This document shows, piece after piece, positions 55,603-64,000 of a DNA stretch of 64,000 nt (position 1 is its first letter; every line of letters starts with the position of its first letter). The stretch is from Seison nebaliae (Eukaryota). The stretch lies in assembly GCA_023231475.1 (NCBI GenBank), contig JALJEE010002943.1, forward strand, positions 1 to 64,000, in the 5' to 3' direction. The translations under genes and the position numbers were made by a program. A model generated the notes under the pieces. That model made no database searches. It had not been told where the DNA came from and worked only from the letters and a program-made list of their open reading frames with translations.

Positions 55603-57078
55603 CTTTCCTCAAATTACCACGTCCAAAAAGTCATGTCCAATAAATTAATTTGTGTGTTCGAATTATTTCAATGAATGTTATTTTGGGGGGGTGGAATGGA
55701 GAAGGGGAGGGATATTAAATTATATACAAATATCTTTCATTGGAAAATTAAATGAGAAATTATAATTTAATTAAAAATTGTTAAAATTAATTTACAGAAA
55801 TCAAATTAAGACATGTTGAGAAGAGAAAATGAAGAAACATTTTTATTCAATTCATTCGGTTTAAAAGATAATTCGAATTCTTTCTAAATATTTCTCCCAT
55901 TCAATGAAACGGATCAATCACATCGGCCATCCCTCTCCCTTATTTTCCTCTTACTTAGCCTAGTCAACCAAATAGGAACACATGATCAACTACAATCGTC
56001 AAAATGTATTACTTTCATTTACATGATGAATAGCTAATCAGTGTATGTCCGTACTTTTAAATGATTGATTGATTGAGGGAAAATAAGGAGAAAATCTCAT
56101 TAAGGCACAATGAGAAGAGGAAATCGAAAGTTGAACATTTATACATTTGACGATTTTGTGTGGCTTCTTGCCCTTTCTCTTCTTCCAACCAAAACACCCA
56201 TCTTCATGTTCATATTCAATTTTTCCTCCTTCGGAACACTAACAAGTATTTGTATATCTCAACTATACACATACGATCCTATACATACTCTCAACTTTGA
56301 GATGTATGTGTGACTGATGAAAAAGGAAAGTGAGAATAACAGTCCCTTCACTTCAACACACAACACACTTATTTATCCCATTCTCCATTTTCCGAATTTA
56401 AAGGAAAAGCGTGCTTCGAAAATATATCAATTAAATTTCGGCTAATTCTCATTCGTCCTATTTATAAGTGTTATTCGGTTTTTGGGCAACTACGTAGGTG
56501 AGAGTTAAGATTTATACTTCCAATTAACTAATGAATAGACAATAACATAAATTTATAATTTCCTTATATGAATTTTATCGAATCGCTCAAAATGTCGTAC
56601 CATATAAATTCCCTCCGACAATTTAAGTAGCAAAGAGAAAATATGATAAAATAATACCAATCTAAATATTTCTAAAAGGGTTTTATGTTCGACGAAGGAG
56701 AATTATATGGTTCAATCGCTTTAAACATCTTCATTTGCAAGGGTCATTAATAATTAAATTTAATGGTGAGTACAACCAGTTCATAGTTTCTTTTTCAGAT
56801 TATGTCAAATTTTTGAATTAATTTTTGACACTGAATCAAGGATTAGTTTTAAAATTCGATCGCAATATTTTGGAACATCGTATAACATATTTGAACAATT
56901 GAAAGGTGAATACTCAAAAGGAGGGAAGGTAAACCGTAAAATTAATATATTTAATTTATTCTAATCATGAAAAAATTGATACTGTTTTGAAAAGAACTTT
57001 TTATTCGTTTAATTAGTTTTTTATTCAAGAATTTATGGAGAAATATTATCATAATAAAGAATAGAGAGTAGGTAATAA

Positions 57079-57683
57079 TTAAGTTTCTGCTTGACAAATA
57101 ATATAAGTTGTAACAATCGTAATCATAAAATTCAAAATTCCATAAGATATGTAGTATCCAAATATCCATTTTTTAGTAAAATCTTGGATTACTAGGTAAC
57201 CATGAGTTTTTACCAAATTGAAAAAGAATAAACCTGCAACTCCAACCGTAACGATGCTTAATAAAATGTACTATTATTAGATAGTTTAAATGAAAGGTCG
57301 GAAATGAGGGAATTATTAACCGCCGTTAGAATAACAGTATTAATGTGGAGATAGCCCAGGAAGCTAATAAATGTAACAAGAAATATGTACAAGGTAAAAA
57401 GTAGAAGTAAAGTACCAAATGTGATACCATTTGGTCGGTTTTCAACTGTTGTCAACTTATAAATTCCTTGCATATGAAAACTAATAACGACCAATAGAAA
57501 GGAATGACACATCTTGAAGATGTAATAAAGGAGGATAAATAAAATAAAAATTCCAATTTTACATTAATTAAACTTAACTAATATTATACCACTGGTAGCT
57601 AGTAAAATATACCTAAGTTTTCGCCCAAATGGATCTAAATCCCTTAAAAAAAATTTCTTGTGGTAGTGCAAACTTCTATCCAT
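57079..57683 (-). CDS. Small four-TM tetraspanin-like protein, 162 aa (exons 57683-57579, 57512-57321, 57270-57079)
   Basis: Three phase-0 exons joined by 66- and 50-nt GTT...AG introns give an ATG-to-TAA frame with four hydrophobic helices. Confidence 0.65.
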
Positions 57684-57971
57684 GACAATTCGAATGTAAT
57701 ATGAATTAAATGAAAATAAACGATGTAAATCAATTAGAGAATTAAAATTAAAATGTGCAAAAAAATTTCAATTGGAATAGTAATGTGTTTCATTATAATT
57801 ATTATAACAGAAGTCATAATTATCATTGAAACAATCAAACAAAGTTGCACATCAATTATAACATTGATCATGACTTAAATTCGATTATTTCTGAAAACAT
57901 AACATAACCTTAATTTATTAATTCTAATAATATGAATTTCGTTCCTTATTTAAAAAATTGAATTGGTTAAG

Positions 57972-58387
57972 TTAACCCTTAAGAAGTAGTTAACCCATAT
58001 TTTCACTATTTAAGTTTTCTCATTTATATTTCGTCCATTTTAAGATTATTACTGTATAATCTACAATGTAATAGTTAAAAGAGATCTTTGTCCGTTCGGT
58101 TAAAAGTCCCCCTAATAATATCCTTCTAATTATATTTATATTAATGAAATTGTTAACAAAATTTTTTTTTAAATGGTAAAATGGGTTTACTTCATTTTTT
58201 TTCTACCAAAAACTAGCAATTTTGTTTTTTAAAGGAAACGGGTTAACTTCTCTCAGTTTAGAGAAAAGAGGGTTAACATGTTTCTTTTTGCTTAAAAGGG
58301 GGTTAACTTCATTCTTTTTGGCAAGGTTAACATCTTTCTTTTTCGATGAGTATGGGTTAAACTACTCCTTAAGGGTTAACTCCTTTC
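57972..58387 (+). mobile_element. MITE with terminal inverted repeats flanked by TTAA (piggyBac-like)
   Basis: TTAA-CCCTTAAGAAGTAGTTAACCCATA ... TATGGGTTAAACTACTCCTTAAGGG-TTAA; no credible coding capacity; second copy at 546-922. Confidence 0.75.
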
Positions 58388-59203
58388 TGGAACTCAAAAA
58401 ATTGGTATTATGTTTGTTTCTGATTTGGTAGTATTGTTTGTATCTTCCATTAATCCTATCGATCATAATTATAGTATTTTTAAATTGTTAATATATGAAA
58501 TATTATGTGAAAATTGTTAATAGAATAATAGTGTTTCCCAATACTGTAGTACAGTTTTTTATATCATACCTTTTTATATTTTTAATGGCAAAGATACAGG
58601 TGTAAAATTCAATTAAATGATCTCCCTCATTTTTATAATTTCCGGATAAAAAGATAAGGAAATCTCTGATACAGTTGATATAAGTACACTAAGAGAAAAA
58701 TAATGTTTGGTCAATAAGTTACAGTAAGAAGTGATTAAGTATAAATTTCGTTCATGTCAATTCATTATTTGAAGTTGCACAACATCATTTTAATCCTACT
58801 GTTTACTCCAATTTGCTTCATTTTATTAAGAAAAATAGAAGAGAAGTTAAGAAATTAGAATATGCATTATTTGAAAGATTGTCGTGTGTTTGTGTGAAAA
58901 CTTAGAGAACAAAATAGTAGAGTAGTGACTGGGTGTCAGACTTGGGGTATCGTATAGACATAGTATATGGAAATTTGAAGAGAGGTTTGGTTATGGAAGG
59001 GAGAGGAATATAAAATAGAGGGAAAATGCAGAAAGTAAATTTGATTAATGTTCAATATTGTCTTATGATTAATAAATGTGTTGATGAAGGAGAACAATGG
59101 AATAATATTATTTGATTCATAGAATGAATAAATTAACAGGGAAATAAATTTATCCGACATATTAAATAATAAGAAATGGTGAATTTATATTTATTAAGAA
59201 TAG

Positions 59204-60078
59204 CTGGATACCTTAAGGGATCAATCAATAATTAATGGAATAATGGCACGTTACTATTGGGATGCACCAAAAAAAATGTATAAACTAACTATGATGAAAA
59301 ACAATTGCTGGAACAATTGTTCAGTTAATATCAAATTTAATTCCTGTCAGAAATATAAAAGATTTTCATTCTCTTATTAATTCAAATGATTGTACCGTAG
59401 ATTTTCTTAGATACGTTTCTATTCAACTTTTAGAATATTGTGTATTTTTTCTCTGATAAACATTTGGTAGGAATTGGCAATGGCATTTGTAGGAATTGAC
59501 ATAATAAAAATTTGGTAATTCTATACGAGAATCTTTTGATTCATCAACCATTTGGTTTAGGGTAGAATGAACAATTTAACTTTAACGGAAATTGAACAAA
59601 TCGATTGTTGAAATCATATCTACAATCTAAACTTTCCTTTCCAAACAATCAGTATTTGATTCTATTAGAGTCATGGTCGAGTTCGTCGTTTGGTTGTCAG
59701 TGGAGGAATGCAAGAATCCATAAATTAATTCATTTTTCTTTTCAATTAGTCATTCCTTTTGTCGTTTTTCTTCTGTCATCTTTCTTCATTTTAGTTATTG
59801 CATAAAACGAATAAGAAATAGAAAGGAAACGATATTCATCGACTCTTAATCATTCTGAGGAGACAGGAGACGAGCACATGGTTTACTAATCTTAAAAGAA
59901 AATATTGGAATATGTTAGTAGCGGTATAAAAGATGGCATCTTAAGCCAAGCAGAGTACATATGTTATTCTTGTAATACGTCAATAAACATGTCAAGGATC
60001 AGCTGCAATCGTTTCCTTATTCAATTTATCTTTACTTTATTCAATTTACTGCTTCCTCTTCTTCAGCATTCTTCATAA
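59204..60078 (+). CDS. Possible last two exons (59204-59323, 59899-60078) of a Cys-containing GPI-anchored-like protein
   Basis: Phase-0 exons with AG/GTT boundaries and TACTAAT before the second acceptor; they read ...NNCWNNCS|KILEY...YICYSCN... plus a hydrophobic tail. No 5' exons were found. Confidence 0.25.
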
Positions 60079-60647
60079 TAACGTTCATGTATTTATTATT
60101 CTTTCTTATCCAACTCGGATGTCGAGGTAATGCATGAGAGGAATGGAATGAAATGGATTTTTGTTCCATTTTTTCTTATCGATCATCAGAAAACATGATC
60201 GTAAGAGGAAAATTAATAATGTTAACTAACGAATTAATGTAAATCAAATAGTGTTTTTCTTCAATAAATTCTCGGGATGAGGAAGGAAAGGAAAATCATG
60301 AGATGTGTTAATTGTTAGACAGATTAATAAAATGTTTTAAGTGTTAGATTATTAGGAAATACTTTCAACGAATAATAAAAGTTGAATGTTGAATGTTTTA
60401 ATTCATTGACATTTGGAGTCGAACTGCTTCTATCTTTCTATTCTCTTTGATTACGTTTTATTGATAGATCTCTTCGTCAAAAATTACGAAAATGAAGCAA
60501 AGATGAACTGGTTGAGAAAGAAATAATGACATAATATAATCGATCAATGGAAACCATTCATTCATTGATTTATCACAACAGGAAACGGAACTAATTTTTT
60601 ACAATTAAACAAATTTCTAAATTTAGAATGACAATTGATAAGGAACA

Positions 60648-61646
60648 ATGTACTATGTCTTTAGTCGTCATCGAAAGAAGTCAGAAACACCTACAAAAAT
60701 AAAAACTTCGTCATTATCTCCTTACAGTTATACATCTTTTGTTCCACTACCCGATAAAGAAGAACCTCTTGATATTATTAAATTCAACAACAATAACTAC
60801 AGGCGAAGAAGTCAACAGTTAAAAGAAGATGATGATGCTTCTTATGATGTCAGTGATAATGGACAAGATGATGGAGATGATGATGATCATGTAAACTTGG
60901 AGGAAAGTAGTAAGGAAAAAGATCGAAATGAAATTCTTGAGAATAATCATCAGAGACAACTGGATGAACTGAAGAGAAGAAGTAAGAGAAATTTTGAATA
61001 TAACAATTCAACAAATTCGTTCTCAAATGTTAATGAAGAAGTTCAACAAACATTTGAAAGAGATTTCCATCATTCAAACAAAGATAAAACGAAAACAAAT
61101 CATATAAGAACGTCCATTGAAGGACGTCGTCTTAATTCAGCTTCTAACAACTATATTAACATTGGCAGGACTATCTCTTCTTTAAACCGTTCTTTAGAGA
61201 AACCGTCGTCAAACAGAGATAAATACCATACTGGTCAGCATCATAAACATCATCACAAACAACATCGTCGAAACAAGAGTGAACTGGAGAGAAACCGAAA
61301 TAATAGTCATCATCATCATCACCATCGTCGTGGACGCCACCATCATCATCATCATCATAAGAACGATAATCACAGATCCTATCCTTATTATCATAAATAC
61401 CAAGAAAGGAGACAAATTAGAAACGATAAAAAGAAATCATTCGAAGATTTTTCTTCGTCCATCGAATCTTTGTCATCTGCTGCCGGACTAGAACGACGTC
61501 TTCGTGAGAAAAACATAAAACAGTTATCAGTTGAGAAGAATAATTCTGAAAAAGATATACATTCCACTCCAACTAAAATGCGATCAATCGATTTAAAAGA
61601 AATCAATTTCGAAAATTTCGAACCCGAAAACAAATGTCAAAGTTAG
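60648..61646 (+). CDS. Uncharacterised low-complexity protein with acidic and poly-His/Arg tracts (ends may be spliced)
   Basis: 332-aa ORF containing DDGDDDDH and HHHHHHRRGRHHHHHHH. Confidence 0.55.
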   Translation: MYYVFSRHRKKSETPTKIKTSSLSPYSYTSFVPLPDKEEPLDIIKFNNNNYRRRSQQLKEDDDASYDVSDNGQDDGDDDDHVNLEESSKEKDRNEILENNHQRQLDELKRRSKRNFEYNNSTNSFSNVNEEVQQTFERDFHHSNKDKTKTNHIRTSIEGRRLNSASNNYINIGRTISSLNRSLEKPSSNRDKYHTGQHHKHHHKQHRRNKSELERNRNNSHHHHHHRRGRHHHHHHHKNDNHRSYPYYHKYQERRQIRNDKKKSFEDFSSSIESLSSAAGLERRLREKNIKQLSVEKNNSEKDIHSTPTKMRSIDLKEINFENFEPENKCQS

Positions 61647-62127
61647 TTTCCATTTTTCTTTGTTCACCTTCTCAAAGGGACATGAATAACCACAAATTAT
61701 TATATTGACAATGTTCAATTATTTTATGTGAGATAAAATTTTTTATCTTCAATTGCCCAAAGGGAATTTAAAGTTTTAATTAATAAAATAAATTATAAAG
61801 CTGAAAAAAACGAATGAGAAAAGACTCTTGAGAATAATCACAGATAAATTACACTGATCATACACTGAAAATTTCACCACCTATTTGACTTATATACGAA
61901 TTGCATAATAAGACCGAACAATAATAACTTCTTCAGAAAATTCTAATAAAGAACTAGTATAATATTTATATAAAACTGAAATTTTAATATTTTTTCTTAC
62001 AATGTACCAGTTTTAATTGGTAATATCATTTAAATTAAGAAATGTATAATATTGTGTAATGAACAATGTTATCCTCTTTCAATTTTTATTTTTCTTTCAA
62101 TATATTATATTAATTTATTATTATTTA

Positions 62128-62177
62128 CCCCGCGGGGATTTGTTATTTTAAATAAAAAAAAAAAAAAAAAAAAAAAA
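62128..62177 (+). other. Possible 3' end of a retroposed element: CCCCGCGGGG palindrome, AATAAA, A24 tail
   Basis: GC palindrome at 62128-62137, and AATAAA at 62151-62156 running into 24 A residues. Confidence 0.35.
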
Positions 62178-64000
62178 TATATGTTTTTAGTTCGAATAGT
62201 CTGATATCTCCATGTTCTTATCATGTAATACCATTAAACATTAAACATGTATTAAAAATGGTATTTTGAATATTTTAAATTAAGGAAAATTTTTGTTCTG
62301 GATGATTTATAATCAATCATTTCAACGAATAATTTAGTTGTTGTTGATCCTTAGAAATCGTTTCCATAACTCCTGATGTTTTCCGGTTTTATTCATTAAA
62401 TTTCAGTTTCCATTCCAGATTTATTCGGCACAGATTATTAATTTGATTAAATTTAATTTTCTCTTCTTCTTTACGTAAGAGGGACAATCATGAAATGTTG
62501 AATAATCCTCTTAATGTAATTAATTTTTCATATGTGATGTGTCAAGTATTTTACTTTTATATTAACTAAACTTTTAAATATGACCTTGTAGCACCTCTTA
62601 ACATTAGCCCACGAGAAATTAGACGGTGACCTTTCCCATATTAATAGTTCTTTCTCATTATTGTAGTTTTGGAAATATATTTCATCACATTCATCTAGAA
62701 TAAATAGAAAAGAAACAGCTTTTTCAGTGAAGTAAAATTTTAACTTAAAATTTTTGCTCACCAGAATTATATTTCTAATTTGCTGGAATAACTAACAAGT
62801 AAGATAATATAATTCATATTGTAAGACAATGCATAGTTATACATGTTTAAAGCGTTAGTAAGTGATAACTAGTAACGACAATAAATTTTTAATGTTTAAC
62901 ATTATTTATAAAAAGTTAAATAAATACATAATATATTTTGATAATAGAATAGATAGAATAGATTAACGTGACAGCATAGGACATGGTTAAGTCACCTTGT
63001 GAGAGACGTATTTTATTTTGTACAAACAAAATTTTAAAAATGTATAATAAAAGTTGAATTAACAAATTTAAAAAAATAACTTAATACTAACATCTTAACA
63101 TTTTAGTTTGTTAGGAATTCATGTCAAATTCGATTCTATTCAATTACGTAGTAAGTGCATAGTATATATTATGTTGTGTTATATTATTAGAATTCTTTAA
63201 CGTAAATAAATGAAATTAATTTTCAGAAGAATATTCTTGTAGGAAATAATATGGCCGTTCGAATGGTCAACAAGAAACTATTCATAAGAAATGATTGAGT
63301 AGTAGATATATGTAATTTCCATAAGGCAATCATTTTAAGATAGACTTCAACATAAATATTTATTCCCTTATTATTATTCACTTCCGTTAATCAATAACAG
63401 AAGTAATTCAAGAAGAAGATAAAATGGAGCAGAGTAAGATATATCTTAAGAGTTTTCGTACAAAAACATTAGTCTGTTTTCTGAATTAATTTTCGATGGT
63501 ATGATTTATTTATTTGCTCATGCTCTTAACATCCGAAGTGATTGTATTGATTTGCCATCACATGACGGAATATAATAGATAATTCATCACATGTCGATGC
63601 AATAGAGATTGCACACTGAACTATCATGACGAAGAATGATAATTCATCTGAATTTTAGTTAGAGCTCCATTTCTTAACTGACGAATATTACAGAAATTTA
63701 CGATAAGATCTAATCTAGCTCTCGGATAATAATGTGTTCTTTTTCTTCGTAATTTGGGAAGTTTACGAACTATATTTGCTTCAATTAAAATTTTCTTTTT
63801 CTCACAATTAAAATGGAAAAGTGGGAAAATTACTTGACGTTCTTTTCGACACCCTCTTGTGTTTTTGTTTGGAAGAAGAATAAATAGAGAATAATTAATT
63901 TTCATTACGTAATTCCTTTAGAACTGAATCAGAAGAGTCACGAAAAATCAAAAGGAAAATCGTTTAAGTAGTTCGAACCTGAATTGTTTTTTTCAATGTT

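Noticed and set aside
58183..58380. CRISPR-like array (short repeats at ~30-bp spacing)
   Set aside because: Eukaryotic context, repeat core only 8 bp, spacers similar to each other, no cas genes, and it lies within a TIR element.
58222..58431. 69-aa ORF with repeated GLT motifs
   Set aside because: It is a translation of the MITE's GGGTTAAC repeats with a non-ATG start.
1..64000. Alternative genetic code or frameshifting as the cause of the fragmented ORFs
   Set aside because: Breaks in conserved genes are explained by short GT...AG introns, and all three stop codons end genes.
1..64000. tRNA, rRNA or snRNA genes
   Set aside because: None recognised by eye; a covariance-model search would be needed to exclude divergent ones.

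Overview
AT-rich, gene-dense eukaryotic (invertebrate animal) genomic DNA in the standard genetic code. It carries about 24 protein-coding genes broken by many short introns (mostly ~40-100 nt), which is why the ORF track is fragmented. Genes recognised after manual splicing: MLF, a TMEM178/claudin-like protein, a two-Kazal secreted protein, CEBPZOS-like, SAMHD1-like (HD domain only), a VWA-like/EGF/chitin-binding secreted protein, a membrane-anchored ADAMTS-type metalloprotease, DcpS, ABCB8, ICA69, DD3-3-like, a divergent vinculin/alpha-catenin, EFHC1, a claudin-like gene, delta-9 desaturase, eRF1, trehalase, beta-arrestin, a small tetraspanin-like gene and several orphans. Main observations: (1) about 60 of ~64 hand-reconstructed introns start GTT rather than the usual GTA/GTG, with no +5G and frequent AAG acceptors; (2) a claudin-like gene has two alternative first exons, each encoding its own TM1 and first extracellular loop; (3) a TTAA-flanked, piggyBac-like MITE occurs twice; (4) a long heat-shock-element array lies upstream of MLF; (5) an unpaired splice acceptor in a co-directional gene run suggests trans-splicing or an operon. 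All gene models and counts are manual and unverified by transcript data or database searches.
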